Below are positions 21,417-32,921 of a DNA stretch of 64,000 nucleotides, in pieces. Source of the DNA: Prochlorococcus sp. AG-363-P06 (GTDB lineage: Bacteria; Cyanobacteriota; Cyanobacteriia; PCC-6307; Cyanobiaceae); the NCBI GenBank assembly GCA_003280025.1, contig QCGD01000002.1, positions 104,835 through 168,834 on the forward strand. The letters run 5' to 3'. Under the pieces are notes generated by a model. The model saw nothing but the letters and a program-made list of their open reading frames with translations. It had not been told where the DNA came from and ran no database searches. Position numbers and translations under genes: made by a program. The stretch's first letter is position 1, and each line of letters opens with the position of its first letter.

Positions 21417-22539
21417 TTATTCAATAGATTGGTTAGAAGACATATTCATACGTAATAATTCATGAATAAATGGTTCAAGTCCACCATCTAAAACACTATC
21501 TAATTCGTTAGTCTCCTGCATAGTCCTAAGATCTTTTACCATTTGATAAGGGTGGAAAACATAATTTCTTATTTGATTGCCCCATGCAGCTTCAACAATA
21601 TCACCTTTAATATCAGCGACTTCAGCAGCTCGTTGTTCTTTAGCAATCACTAGTAGTTTAGACTTAAGAAGTAACATAGCTTTTTCTTTATTTTGTAATT
21701 GAGATCTTTCTTGAGTGCATCTTACTGAAATCCCTGAAGGCAAATGAACAATTCTTACTGCTGTTTCTACTTTATTAACATTTTGTCCTCCAGCTCCACC
21801 GGATCTACTCGTTGTAATTTCTAAATCTTTTTCAGGTATATCAAGTGAAATATTGTCATCTAATTTTGGCATAACCTCTACCCCAGCAAAGCTCGTTTGT
21901 CTTTTACCATTAGCATTGAAAGGAGAAATTCTTACTAATCTATGAGTTCCTTTTTCATTTTGAAGATAGCCGTATGCATATTTTCCATCAATTTCGAACG
22001 TTACACTTTTAATACCTGCTTCTTCTCCTGGAGATAATTCATTAATGATAAGGCTCATTTGATTATTATCGGCCCATCTTGAATACATTCTCAATAATAT
22101 CTCTACCCAATCCTGTGCATCTGTTCCACCCGCACCTGAGTTAATAGAAACTACTGCTCCTTCCTTATCGTATTCTCCACATAACAATCTTTCAAATTCC
22201 CATTTATCTAAATTCTCTCTTAATTTATTTAAGCCCTGCTGGGATTCCACAATCATTTCCTCTTCAGGTTCTAAAGAATAAAGCTCAAGAGAGGCATTAG
22301 CATCAGAAATAAACGTTTGCCATTTATCTAACAATTCGAGTTGTACTTTGACATCATCAAGGATTAACATTTGTTTTTTCGCTTCTTCTTGATTCTCCCA
22401 GAATTCAGGCTGAGCAGAAATTTGCTCTAACTCTCTCCTTTTCGCTTTTAATCTTGGAACGTCAAAGACAATCCTGAGCATTGCCCAGGCGCTTTGTTAG
22501 TTCCGAAAGATCTTTTTTGAACACTGTAATATCTATCAA
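21417..22539 (-). CDS. prfB: Peptide chain release factor 2, requiring a programmed +1 frameshift
   Basis: Main frame has the RF2 SPF motif (RISPFN) and GGQ ([17 protein letters not shown]). A 25-codon leader, read on the minus strand from TTG (22539) or GTG (22524), ends in ..GAT TGT CTT TGA C. Shifting +1 at CTT-T gives ..[11 protein letters not shown].. The start codon is uncertain. Confidence 0.9.
22461..22470 (-). promoter_or_regulatory. prfB +1 ribosomal frameshift site (TGT CTT TGA C)
   Basis: Minus strand reads TGTCTTTGAC. The in-frame UGA at 22464-22462 is followed by C, the classical autoregulatory RF2 recoding context. Confidence 0.85.
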
Positions 22540-22615
22540 AATAGAATTTAATCGTTATTTATAATCTAACAAGCACTTTTGTTTAATAGTATAAACTAAG
22601 TATTATTTTTTAAAA

Positions 22616-22870
22616 ATGTCCAAAGTTGAAATTTATACTTGGCAATATTGCCCATTCTGTATTCGAGCAAAATCTCTACTCAAGAAAAAAAATATAAATT
22701 TTACAGAATATAAAATAGATGGCGATGAAAATGCCAGAGAATTGATGACTGAAAGGGCTGATGGCAGAAGAACATTACCACAAATATTTATAGATAATGA
22801 GGGTATCGGAGGCTGCGATGATCTCTACATACTAGAAAATGAAAATAAACTAGACGCATTATTAAACTAG
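22616..22870 (+). CDS. grxC: Glutaredoxin
   Basis: 84 aa with active site [12 protein letters not shown] and GGCDDL. Confidence 0.9.
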   Translation: MSKVEIYTWQYCPFCIRAKSLLKKKNINFTEYKIDGDENARELMTERADGRRTLPQIFIDNEGIGGCDDLYILENENKLDALLN

Positions 22871-22875
22871 ATATT

Positions 22876-23798
22876 ATGAAATTTCTATTCGTAATAGATC
22901 CAATAAAAAATATAAATCCCTTAAAAGATTCATCTGCTGCTTTAATGCAAGCATCATCAAAAAAAATATTGAAATCTGGAGTTGTACGCCTCAAGACCTT
23001 GAGGCTAGAGGTGATGAAGTATGGGCATCTTCAGTAAAAGTTGAAGTAAATCCATGGATTTCTTTCAAAGATAATTACTGCATACCTCTCGCCGAATTTA
23101 ATTGCATTTGGATGAGAAAAGATCCTCCTGTAAATGAGGCATATTTATATGCAACCCATCTCTTAGAAGTTGCCGAAAGAAAAGGAGTAAAAGTAATTAA
23201 CAAACCTTCATCATTAAGGGCGTGGAATGAAAAGTTAGGTACTTTGAGATACAGTCACTTAATGGCACCAACAATAGTTGCGAGTAAAGTAAAAGATCTG
23301 ATTAATTTTGCAAATATAAATAATGAAGTAGTCATAAAACCTCTTGGAGGGAAAGGTGGTCAAGGTGTTATCAGGATAAATAAAAATTCCCCAGGTATTA
23401 AATCAATCATTGAATTAATAACTTCTCAAGAAGAATTACCCGTTATGATGCAAAAATTTATTCCTGAAGTAATAGAGGGTGATAAAAGAATAATTATTGT
23501 AAATGGTGAAGCAATTGGATCTATAAATAGGATTCCTCAAGGAGGCGATTTTAGGAGTAATTTAGCGATGGGAGGGAAGGCTGAACCAACATTATTAACA
23601 GAAAAAGAAAAAATTATCTGCTCAGAGTTATCTCAACACTTCAAAGACGAAGGTTTATTTTTTGTCGGTATTGATGTAATAAATGGAATGCTTAGCGAGA
23701 TTAATGTAACCAGTCCAACAGGTTTAAGAGAAATAGAAAAGTTATCGAATAAGAATGTTTCAGAGGAAGTTATTCAAAAATTAGTGGAAATTATCTAG
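22876..23798 (+). CDS. gshB: Glutathione synthetase, reading frame interrupted in an A8 tract (frameshifted as sequenced)
   Basis: The N-terminus [30 protein letters not shown] is in frame 1 from ATG 22876. The rest ([12 protein letters not shown]...IWMRKDPP...ATP-grasp, EINVTSPTG) is in the -1 frame. The frames join at the A-run 22959-22966. The ORF track only shows the piece from Met 23112. Confidence 0.8.
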
Positions 23799-25203
23799 GA
23801 TTTTTAGCGAAAAATATTTGTTTTACTATAGACTCAAATTTTAATTTAATCTCATCTATTTCTTTCTCTAAAACAGAACCTGAAACGATACCTGAACCGG
23901 CAGTAAATTCAATACTTTCTTCAATATATCTTGCGCCTCTTATTACTAAAAGAAATGAAGCATTTCCTGATGCATCAACCCAACCCATTGGAGATGCATA
24001 ATTTCCTCTAGGGAAAGACTCAAGAATGTTTATCCAATCCAATGCTTCATTTTTTGGGTATCCACAAACAGCCGGAGATGGATGCAAGTTTTTAAGCAAT
24101 TCAAAAGGACATATGTTTTCAACTTTAGAGAAAATGAGTGTTTGCAAATGAGAAATATCACCAAAAGAATTTACCTTGATATCACTTTTTTTAAAATTTG
24201 ATATTTTTGAAACTTCTAAACATTTAATTAAATACTGTATTACATAATTATGTTCCTTTAAGTCTTTAGAACTTCTCAGGAGTTTATTAAAATTTGAATT
24301 AGTTGAGATAGTTCCAGCAAGAGCCTCTAAAGTTAAATTTGGTTTAGTAAAAGAAAATAATTTTTCTGGAGATGCTCCAAACAAAATATCCTTACTATTC
24401 CTTTTCCAAACGTATCTGCATGTATTTGGTTGATTCTTTTTAAATCTTTTTAAAATTTCTACTAAATCTAATTTATTTTTAAGTTTTATTTTAATCCTAT
24501 TGGCTAAAACTATCTTTTCAAGGATACCTTTCTCTACTAATTGAATTCCTCTATTTACTACTTTTTTCAAATTTATATTAGAAGTTTCTAAGGAGTTTAA
24601 GAAATCATCAATAATAGGAAAATCAAAACTAGTTTTTAAGCTAGATAATTTTTTTAATTCTGAGCCAGAATTAATAACTTGATTTCTCATTGCCCATATT
24701 TCTTCAATTAATCTTCTTAATGATGACTTATCTTCAACATGACCATTGATTCTTAACCAGCAATTCTTATCACTTTTGATAATTAATATTTTTGGTAGGA
24801 TAGCTTCCAAACTAGGAACATCTGAAGATAAATTCTTATTATTCAAATTTTCAGAAAAAGAAAACAAATAAATTATTTTTGAAAGTGAGGAAATATGTGA
24901 CTCATTTGTTAAGTTAATTAAATTTTTAAAATTCTCAGAATTAAACTCATTTGCTACCTCAAATCTTTTTGGGCCATCCAAAGTAACATATTTACATTTC
25001 TCGAAAGCAATATATGAAATACCATCAGATTCCTCCCAAAATGAAGAAAACGGATATTTATTTATAAACAATTCATATACTTGAAATAAATCAATACAAG
25101 GAATCTCAACACAAATACTTACTAATCCAGAATTTTCTACTTTCTTATCGAAAGTGGAAAATACATCTGTTAAAAAATCTGTAAATTTTAAATCATTTTT
25201 CAT
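23791..25203 (-). CDS. menF: Isochorismate synthase (phylloquinone pathway)
   Basis: 470 aa with a chorismate-binding C-terminal domain ([28 protein letters not shown]). Divergent from menA. Confidence 0.8.
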   Translation of the reverse strand: MKNDLKFTDFLTDVFSTFDKKVENSGLVSICVEIPCIDLFQVYELFINKYPFSSFWEESDGISYIAFEKCKYVTLDGPKRFEVANEFNSENFKNLINLTNESHISSLSKIIYLFSFSENLNNKNLSSDVPSLEAILPKILIIKSDKNCWLRINGHVEDKSSLRRLIEEIWAMRNQVINSGSELKKLSSLKTSFDFPIIDDFLNSLETSNINLKKVVNRGIQLVEKGILEKIVLANRIKIKLKNKLDLVEILKRFKKNQPNTCRYVWKRNSKDILFGASPEKLFSFTKPNLTLEALAGTISTNSNFNKLLRSSKDLKEHNYVIQYLIKCLEVSKISNFKKSDIKVNSFGDISHLQTLIFSKVENICPFELLKNLHPSPAVCGYPKNEALDWINILESFPRGNYASPMGWVDASGNASFLLVIRGARYIEESIEFTAGSGIVSGSVLEKEIDEIKLKFESIVKQIFFAKNPR

Positions 25204-25304
25204 TACTTATTGAAAATAACTAAAAATCATGCAATAAAGTAAAAAATGTAACTCAATTTATAAACTACATTTAATAATGATGGAATTTTGTGTGTTAATT
25301 AAAA

Positions 25305-26222
25305 ATGGATGAAAATAGAAAAAAATTATGGAAACAAGCAATAAAATGGCCTCTTTATTCTGTTGCAATCCTTCCAGTTTTTATAACAGGGGCTTATTTA
25401 CTCAATCAATATGAAAAAATAAAAATTTATAATTTGATTGCATTTACTTTAGCTGCAATTTTGATATTACTTTGGGAAAATCTAACTAATGATTTATTTG
25501 ACGCAGAAACAGGAATCGATGAATTTAAATTCCATTCAATTGTAAATCTTATAAAAAATAAAAAAATAATTTCATTTATTGCATATTCATCTTTAGTTAT
25601 TGGTTTATTAATAATTTCAATTATTTCAGTATCAACAAGCATAAACATTTTGATTTTGGTGACAGCTTGCTGCTTATTAGGATATTTATATCAAGGACCT
25701 CCTTTTAGATTTGGCTATCAAGGTTTAGGAGAACCATTATGCTGGCTTGCATTTGGACCTTTTGCTTACTCTGCAGTCTTAATTGCATTAAATCCATCTA
25801 ATATTTATTTAGAAGATATTCCTTGGAAAGTTTCTTTATTACTTGGTTCGGGACCTTCTTTGGCAACAACTCTTGTATTATTCTGTTCTCATTTTCATCA
25901 AATTATTGAAGATAAGAAGCATGGAAAAAATTCACCTTTAGTTCGCTTAGGAGCAAAAAAAGGTTCTCAATTTGTACCTTGGATAATTTTTACAATATAT
26001 ATTTTTCAACTTTTCACTATAATTACTCGATTTATTCCAGTTTTTTGTATCCTGTATTTGATTAGTTTACCCCATGCAATAAGACTCATAAATTTATTAC
26101 AGTCTTCATATAACAAACCTTCAGTAATAAAAAATTGCAAATTCATCGCAATAAAATTTCAAACTTTTAATGGCTTTGGCTTAATCACAGGATTAATTTT
26201 TAATTACTTGATTAATAAATGA
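25305..26222 (+). CDS. menA: 1,4-dihydroxy-2-naphthoate phytyltransferase (UbiA family)
   Basis: Polytopic membrane protein with the prenyltransferase motif NDLFDAETGID. Confidence 0.85.
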   Translation: MDENRKKLWKQAIKWPLYSVAILPVFITGAYLLNQYEKIKIYNLIAFTLAAILILLWENLTNDLFDAETGIDEFKFHSIVNLIKNKKIISFIAYSSLVIGLLIISIISVSTSINILILVTACCLLGYLYQGPPFRFGYQGLGEPLCWLAFGPFAYSAVLIALNPSNIYLEDIPWKVSLLLGSGPSLATTLVLFCSHFHQIIEDKKHGKNSPLVRLGAKKGSQFVPWIIFTIYIFQLFTIITRFIPVFCILYLISLPHAIRLINLLQSSYNKPSVIKNCKFIAIKFQTFNGFGLITGLIFNYLINK

Positions 26223-27184
26223 ACTTAATATTTAAAAAAAAATCTTATTGCTTTAAGTTATCCACAAAAGTAGAAAATTCTAAAACCACTTACCTTACAA
26301 AATCGGGTTGGATAATTAAATTAAAAAATAATGATAAAAAAATTGGATTTGGAGAGGTTTCACCTCTGCTAAAAAAAGACTTAAAAAAATGTGAAGAACA
26401 ATTAAATATGATTCCTGAGTATGTAGGAGTATTAAATTTATCTGAGCAAATAAATATTTTTCACCCATGCATCCAATCTGCAATAAATTCAGCTTTAGCA
26501 GAAATAAATGGAAAAATAATTTTTAAAGAAAACTATTTTTTTGATGAAATTGATAAAACAGCCATACTATTAAATCATAATAATGTCATTTCAGATTTAA
26601 ATGAAATTAAAAAAAAGCAATCGAATATTGGAAAATCAGTAACTATAAAATGGAAAGTAGCTTTAAAAAATAATAATGAAGAAGAAGCAATTTTAGAAGA
26701 AATTTTAAGCCAAATAGACAATAATATCAAGTTAAGGATAGATGCAAATGGTTCTTGGGGAAGGGATATGGCTAAAAGATGGGCTGATATTTTGAAAGAT
26801 AACAAAAATATAGATTGGTTGGAACAACCTCTTTCTGCTGATGATATTGAAGGACTAAAAGAACTCAACAAAAAAATTCCAATAGCTTTAGACGAATCAC
26901 TTTTAAAATTTCCAACCTTGATTGATGATTGGAAGGGTTGGCAAATTAGAAGACCTTCTCAAGAAAAGAATCCAGATAAGCTTTTAAGAGACTTAGAAAA
27001 GAAAAAAGCTTTAATATCTATAAGCACTTCATTTGAAACTGGAATAGGCAGGAGATGGCTTTATCATTTATCGTCTCTACAATTACAGGGACCAACACCA
27101 AAAGTTCCTGGTTTAGCAATGAATAAGTTACCTACCTCTTTTCTATTTTTAAATCAAGCACAAAAGATATGGGATCAACTATGA
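26219..27184 (+). CDS. menC: o-Succinylbenzoate synthase (enolase superfamily)
   Basis: Has KIGFGEVSP, LRIDANGSW, LEQP and ALDES. ATGA overlap with the menA stop. Confidence 0.75.
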   Translation: MNLIFKKKSYCFKLSTKVENSKTTYLTKSGWIIKLKNNDKKIGFGEVSPLLKKDLKKCEEQLNMIPEYVGVLNLSEQINIFHPCIQSAINSALAEINGKIIFKENYFFDEIDKTAILLNHNNVISDLNEIKKKQSNIGKSVTIKWKVALKNNNEEEAILEEILSQIDNNIKLRIDANGSWGRDMAKRWADILKDNKNIDWLEQPLSADDIEGLKELNKKIPIALDESLLKFPTLIDDWKGWQIRRPSQEKNPDKLLRDLEKKKALISISTSFETGIGRRWLYHLSSLQLQGPTPKVPGLAMNKLPTSFLFLNQAQKIWDQL

Positions 27185-28383
27185 AAAGTAAAATTCATAT
27201 TATTGAAGTTGAAAATAATGAAAATCAATCTAAAGAAAAAATTATTCAGAAAATTAGAGAGAATAAAATAATTTATATAAAAAACAAATTTTATAAAAAC
27301 GAAGAGGTACTAAATCCGATACATGAAAATGGACCAGCAATTATCTTAAACAGCAGCGGAAGCTGTGGTAAACCTAGAACATGTTTTCACCCTATAGATA
27401 ATCTCAAATTATCTGCCGCCACTTCAGGGAAATGGCTAAAAGAGCAAGGATTTGAATTGCAAAACTGCGTAATTTTTAACACTTTACCCCTTAACCATAT
27501 AAGTGGATTAATGCCAATTTTTAGAAGTCAAACTTGGGGATGTGATTGTATTAATATTTCTCCAAATTTAATAAAAAAAACTCGAGAACTTTTACTTTTT
27601 ACAATTAAATCTAAAAAAAACAAAAAACACTTGATTACGTCATTAGTACCCACCCAATTAAAAAGACTTTTAGCTCAAAAAGAGGGTATTAGTTGGCTAA
27701 AAATGTTTGATTTAATTTGGGTAGGTGGAGCTTCAATTAACCGCGAAACTAAAGAAAAATGTATAGAAGAACAAATAAAATTAGCACCTTGTTACGGCTC
27801 AACTGAAACAGCAGCAATGGTTACAAGTTTAAAACCAAAAGAATTCTTAATGGGTTTTGACAATGTTGGAGAAATACTTCCTGATACAAAAATAAGAATT
27901 AACGAACAAGGATTAATCGAGATAAAATCAGCCAGAATTGGAATTGAAATAATAGACTCTGCAAAAACTAAAAATTTCAAAAATAAAAATGGATGGTGGC
28001 AAACCGGTGATTTAGGTGAAATCAATCAAATCAATAATTCTTTATATTTAAAGTTTCTTGGAAGAATTGATAACGCTTTTAATTCAGGAGGAGAAATCGT
28101 TTTCCCAGAAGTAATTGAATCTCGATTAAATGATTTGATTATTAAAGAAAATATCCCAATTAATAAATTCAATATTTCAAAAATACCAGACAAATTATGG
28201 GGAAATAAAATTAAAGTAATTGTTGAATTTAGAGAACCTACAAATCATAAAAATATTGAAAATTCATTAAATTTATTAAAAAACTTTTCTCAAAGTTGGC
28301 CTAAACATGAAAGACCCGAAACGTGGATTATTACAAATAAAAATACAAGCACAGAAAAAATAAACTATAAATTTACAAAATAA
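27181..28383 (+). CDS. menE: o-Succinylbenzoate--CoA ligase (AMP-binding family)
   Basis: Has SSGSCGKPR (P-loop-like AMP-binding motif), YGSTET, WWQTGDLG and GR.D. The ATG at 27181 forms an ATGA overlap with the menC stop; an alternative ATG is at 27169. Confidence 0.75.
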   Translation: MKSKIHIIEVENNENQSKEKIIQKIRENKIIYIKNKFYKNEEVLNPIHENGPAIILNSSGSCGKPRTCFHPIDNLKLSAATSGKWLKEQGFELQNCVIFNTLPLNHISGLMPIFRSQTWGCDCINISPNLIKKTRELLLFTIKSKKNKKHLITSLVPTQLKRLLAQKEGISWLKMFDLIWVGGASINRETKEKCIEEQIKLAPCYGSTETAAMVTSLKPKEFLMGFDNVGEILPDTKIRINEQGLIEIKSARIGIEIIDSAKTKNFKNKNGWWQTGDLGEINQINNSLYLKFLGRIDNAFNSGGEIVFPEVIESRLNDLIIKENIPINKFNISKIPDKLWGNKIKVIVEFREPTNHKNIENSLNLLKNFSQSWPKHERPETWIITNKNTSTEKINYKFTK

Positions 28384-28386
28384 TAA

Positions 28387-28839
<453 letters not shown>

Positions 28840-28848
28840 TTAAAGAAA

Positions 28849-30036
28849 TTATCTATCAACAGATCCCATAATGACATCTATTGAACCGAGAATTGCCATG
28901 ATATCGGCGATTTTGGCACCTTTAAGAATATGAGGCAATATTTGCAGATTATTTAAATCAGCTGCTCTGATTTTAAATCTCCATGGGGTAACTTCATTAT
29001 TTCCTTGAATAAATACACCTATTTCTCCTTTCCCGGACTCTAATCTTGTATACAATTCTCCATTAGGAATTTTAAAAGTTGGAGCAACCTTCTTAGCTAC
29101 ATATTGATAGTCAATACCAAATATTTCACTCTTCTTATCTTCAGTCGCCATTCTTTGAGCTTCTAAATTTTCTGTTGGACCTCCTGGAATCATTTTGCAG
29201 GCTTGGCGAATGATGCTTAGTGATTGTCTCATCTCTTCAACTCTTACTCGATATCTCGCATAACAATCTCCTTCTTTTTCTGAAGCAATCTGCCAATCAA
29301 AATCGTCATAGCATTCATAACTATCTACTTTCCTTAAATCCCAGGAGACTCCAGAAGCTCTAAGCATTGGGCCAGACAGAGACCAATTAATTGCCTGATC
29401 TCTTTGAATTGTTCCAAGACCTTCAATTCTTTTTCTAAAAATTGGATTATTTGTGATTAATTTTTCGTATTCATCTATCTTAGGACCGAACCAGTCGCAA
29501 AAGTCTATACATTTCTCTAACCATCCGTATGGAAGATCACATGCGACACCACCTATCCTAAAGAAATTATTATTTATTAGCCTTTGTCCAGTTGCAGCTT
29601 CCCAAAGATCATAAATCATTTCTCTTTCTCTAAAGATATAGAAAAATGGAGTTTGAGCTCCTACATCTGCCAAAAATGGGCCAAGCCATAAAAGGTGATT
29701 AGCAATTCTATTAAGTTCCAACATAAGAACTCTTATATAACTTGCCCTTTTGGGAACTGAAATATTTGCCAATCTTTCAGGAGCATTTACTACAATAGCT
29801 TCATAAAACATACCTGCCGCATAATCCATTCTGCTTACATAGGGCACATACATAACATTTGTCCTGTTCTCAGCTATTTTCTCCATTCCTCTATGCAAAT
29901 ATCCAATTACTGGCTCACAATCAATTACATCCTCACCATCAAGGGTTACCACTAACCTTAAAACCCCATGCATAGAGGGATGATGAGGGCCAAAATTGAC
30001 CACCATTGGTTCTGTTCTAGTCTCTAGCTGAGCCAT
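28849..30036 (-). CDS. ndhH: NAD(P)H-quinone oxidoreductase subunit H
   Basis: 395 aa. NuoD/NdhH sequence with [14 protein letters not shown], ...EGE.. and a C-terminal [12 protein letters not shown]. Confidence 0.95.
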   Translation of the reverse strand: MAQLETRTEPMVVNFGPHHPSMHGVLRLVVTLDGEDVIDCEPVIGYLHRGMEKIAENRTNVMYVPYVSRMDYAAGMFYEAIVVNAPERLANISVPKRASYIRVLMLELNRIANHLLWLGPFLADVGAQTPFFYIFREREMIYDLWEAATGQRLINNNFFRIGGVACDLPYGWLEKCIDFCDWFGPKIDEYEKLITNNPIFRKRIEGLGTIQRDQAINWSLSGPMLRASGVSWDLRKVDSYECYDDFDWQIASEKEGDCYARYRVRVEEMRQSLSIIRQACKMIPGGPTENLEAQRMATEDKKSEIFGIDYQYVAKKVAPTFKIPNGELYTRLESGKGEIGVFIQGNNEVTPWRFKIRAADLNNLQILPHILKGAKIADIMAILGSIDVIMGSVDR

Positions 30037-30074
30037 TGATAATTTAACCTCTATATAAATCTTAGTCGAAAGTT

Positions 30075-30983
30075 ATGCAAACTGACCTGTCTGATTCATT
30101 TCTTTTCAATCATAAATCAGTAATGACAAATGAGATAATGGCGTCTTTAGAGTATTACCCATCAATCTTTAAAAAAAAAGTCAAAGGAATAGACGCAACG
30201 CTCGGCGGTGGTGGGCACTCTTATCATTTATTAAAACAATATCCTGATTTAGAAATAATTGGCCTAGATCAAGATCCATTCGCGAGGAAATCAGCATCAA
30301 TCAAGCTTGATGAATTTAAAACAAGGATCACAATAAATGATTCGAATTTTGCGAATTTTGAACCTCACGAAAAAGTTTCTTTTGTGATTGCAGATCTTGG
30401 AGTCAATAGTAACCAACTTGATAACCCTGAAAGAGGATTTAGTTTCCAAAAAGATGGCCCTCTTGATATGCGCATGAATCCTTTTATTAAGATTGATGCA
30501 GAGCAATTAATTGAGAATTTAAGTGAAAAAGATCTAGCTGACACAATATATAAATATGGTGAAGAGAGATTATCAAGAAAGATTTCTAGGAAAATCAAAA
30601 TGGATTTAAAAGAAAAAGGGAAATATTCCGGTACAAAAGCGTTAGCATATTCTATTGCTGGCTGCTTCCCACCCAAACAAAGATATAAAAAAATACACCC
30701 AGCGACAAAAACATTTCAAGCACTAAGAATTGCAGTTAATAAAGAAATTGAAGTACTAGAAAAATTTTTAAAGGTTGTACCCGATTGGTTACTACCAGGC
30801 GGAATTATTTCTATTATTAGTTTTCATTCGCTTGAGGATAGGTTAGTTAAAACTGCATTTAAGAATGATGAAAGACTTAAAAATCTAACAAAAAAACCAA
30901 TAACACCTTCTGCAAAAGAAGTCGAACTGAATAAAAGAGCGAGAAGTGGAAAATTAAGAATTGCTCAATTAAAGAGTGAATAA
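30075..30983 (+). CDS. rsmH: 16S rRNA (cytosine1402-N4)-methyltransferase
   Basis: Has HKSVM, DATLGGGGHS, DLGVNS.QLD, GFSF..DGPLDMRM and FHSLEDR.VK. Confidence 0.9.
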   Translation: MQTDLSDSFLFNHKSVMTNEIMASLEYYPSIFKKKVKGIDATLGGGGHSYHLLKQYPDLEIIGLDQDPFARKSASIKLDEFKTRITINDSNFANFEPHEKVSFVIADLGVNSNQLDNPERGFSFQKDGPLDMRMNPFIKIDAEQLIENLSEKDLADTIYKYGEERLSRKISRKIKMDLKEKGKYSGTKALAYSIAGCFPPKQRYKKIHPATKTFQALRIAVNKEIEVLEKFLKVVPDWLLPGGIISIISFHSLEDRLVKTAFKNDERLKNLTKKPITPSAKEVELNKRARSGKLRIAQLKSE

Positions 30984-30986
30984 ATT

Positions 30987-32132
30987 CTAGCGTAATTCTT
31001 TGATCGTATCTGTGATTATTTGAACTGCATGTTGTATATCTTGTGAATTGGTGCTCAATCCAATGCTTAACCTAATTGAAGATTCTGCTTCCTTAAAAGA
31101 TCTACCTAAAGCAAGTAAGACATGTGAAGGTTCGCCATTACTGCATGCCGATCCACTAGAGCATACAATTTTTGATTTTAAAAGTTTATGGAATTTTGTA
31201 CCGTTTAAATCTAATGCAGTCAAATTTAAATTATGAGGTAATCTTTTCTGAAGGGAACCATTAATTAATAAACCAGAATTATTTTCTAATAAACCTTTTA
31301 ATAGGCTATTTCTATGCAAAAGCAATTGCTTAGCATTCTTTTTTTGATTAAAAACTGCTATCTCTATTGCTTTAGTAAAACCTACTATTAAAGGCAGGGG
31401 CAAGGTGCCAGCTCTAAAGCCATATTGATGACCTCCCCCAATAATTAAAGGTTGAAGATCAATATTTTCATCAATCAAAAGAAGACCTATTCCTTTGGGA
31501 CCATATATTTTGTGAGAACTGATCGTTATCATATTGACATCTGACAAAAGATCGTTGAGTTCGATATAACCTAAACATTGTGCAAAGTCAGAATGAAAAA
31601 TTATTTCTCTTGATTTACATATCTTTGAAATATTTTCGATTGGCTGAATAACGCCTATTTCATTATTTGCCATCATGATACTCACCATAAATGTATCCTT
31701 TCTTATACTTTTTATAAAATTCTCTTCTGAAATTAAACCATCTTTTTCTGGAGTAATTTCAGTCACTAGAAATCCTTCTTTTTTTAATTGATCTAAAGGC
31801 TCCAATACAGCTTTATGCTCGGTTGTCAACGTAATAATATGACCATAATTTCCTGTTTTTTTATAATAATTTCTTGCAAAACCTAATAAGGCCAAATTAT
31901 TAGATTCCGTCGCGCCGCTGGTAAAAACAACTTTCTTATTGTTAAGTAATAAATCTTGCTCTATTTTTTCTCTTGAAGCTTCCAATATAGCGCTTGCGTT
32001 TATACTAGCCAGATTTGATTTACTTGAAGGATTAGAAAATATCTCAGTCCAAAAAGGTTGCATAGAATCCACAACATCTTTAGAACAAGGAGTTGAAGAT
32101 TGGTAATCTAGTAGTATAGGAGTTGATAGCAT
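30987..32132 (-). CDS. Cysteine desulfurase (class V aminotransferase, NifS/IscS-like)
   Basis: PLP-lysine motif SSHKIYGPKGIG and active-site Cys loop SSGSACS. Confidence 0.85.
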   Translation of the reverse strand: MLSTPILLDYQSSTPCSKDVVDSMQPFWTEIFSNPSSKSNLASINASAILEASREKIEQDLLLNNKKVVFTSGATESNNLALLGFARNYYKKTGNYGHIITLTTEHKAVLEPLDQLKKEGFLVTEITPEKDGLISEENFIKSIRKDTFMVSIMMANNEIGVIQPIENISKICKSREIIFHSDFAQCLGYIELNDLLSDVNMITISSHKIYGPKGIGLLLIDENIDLQPLIIGGGHQYGFRAGTLPLPLIVGFTKAIEIAVFNQKKNAKQLLLHRNSLLKGLLENNSGLLINGSLQKRLPHNLNLTALDLNGTKFHKLLKSKIVCSSGSACSNGEPSHVLLALGRSFKEAESSIRLSIGLSTNSQDIQHAVQIITDTIKELR

Positions 32133-32191
32133 TATGTTTAGTATATAAAATTCTTATTAGTCCTAGAAAATCTAATTCAAGAATTGAAAAA

Positions 32192-32920
32192 ATGAATGAA
32201 ATTAATCAAATAAATAATCAACCGATCAGAAAATCAAAAGTTTTGTTAGTTGATGATGAACCTGGATTAAGAACAGCTGTTAAAACATTTCTGGAAGATG
32301 AAGGCTATGAAATATTCATTGCAGTTGATGGCGAAGATGGATGGGAAAAAGCACAAAAAATTTTTCCTGATTTAATAATTAGCGATATTATGATGCCCAG
32401 AGCTAATGGTTATGCTTTATTAGAGAAAATTAGACAAGATGAGAAATTAGGCGGTACCCCAGTTATTTTTCTTACAGCAAAAGGGATGACATTAGATAGA
32501 ACAGAAGGTTATCTTGCAGGTATTGATGATTATATTTCTAAACCTTTTGATCCAGATGAATTAGCAGCAAGAGTCAAAAATGTAATCAATCGTCAAGAGC
32601 GATTATTAAAAGAAGCTGCAAGATTTGCAGATATTGATGTAAGTAAAATGGCAAAACAAATCACTGAAATAAAGTATATGCTTACAGACCAAAACCCCTC
32701 AAATGTAGAAAATGCAATAGATATTCCAAGTTTTACTCCAAGAGAAGCAAGTGTGCTTCAGCTTGTAGCAGAAGGTCTAATGAACAAAGAAATAGCCAGA
32801 AAGCTAGAGACTTCTATCAGGAATGTTGAAAAATATGTAAGTAGGCTTTTTATTAAAACAGGAACATCTAGCAGAACTGAATTAGTCCGTTATGCTCTTG
32901 AAAATCATTTAGTAACATAA
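32192..32920 (+). CDS. Two-component response regulator, NarL/LuxR-type output domain
   Basis: Receiver domain (VLLVDDEP, phospho-acceptor context LIISDIMMP, FLTAKG, SKPF) plus a C-terminal LuxR HTH (LTPREASVLQLVAEGLMNKEIA..L..S..NVEKYVS.LF.K). Start placed at the internal ATG 32192 to avoid overlap with the divergent desulfurase gene. Confidence 0.8.
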   Translation: MNEINQINNQPIRKSKVLLVDDEPGLRTAVKTFLEDEGYEIFIAVDGEDGWEKAQKIFPDLIISDIMMPRANGYALLEKIRQDEKLGGTPVIFLTAKGMTLDRTEGYLAGIDDYISKPFDPDELAARVKNVINRQERLLKEAARFADIDVSKMAKQITEIKYMLTDQNPSNVENAIDIPSFTPREASVLQLVAEGLMNKEIARKLETSIRNVEKYVSRLFIKTGTSSRTELVRYALENHLVT

Positions 32921-32921
32921 T

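Noticed and set aside
22788-22994. 68-aa minus-strand ORF spanning the grxC 3' end and the gshB 5' end.
   Set aside because: It overlaps two well-supported plus-strand coding segments and has no recognisable motif. It is probably a chance ORF.
32123-32191. Upstream extension of the response-regulator ORF overlapping the cysteine desulfurase start.
   Set aside because: The receiver domain begins shortly after ATG 32192 (MNEINQ..KSKVLLVDDEP), and the extension is hydrophobic junk-like sequence (MIALCLVYKILISP).
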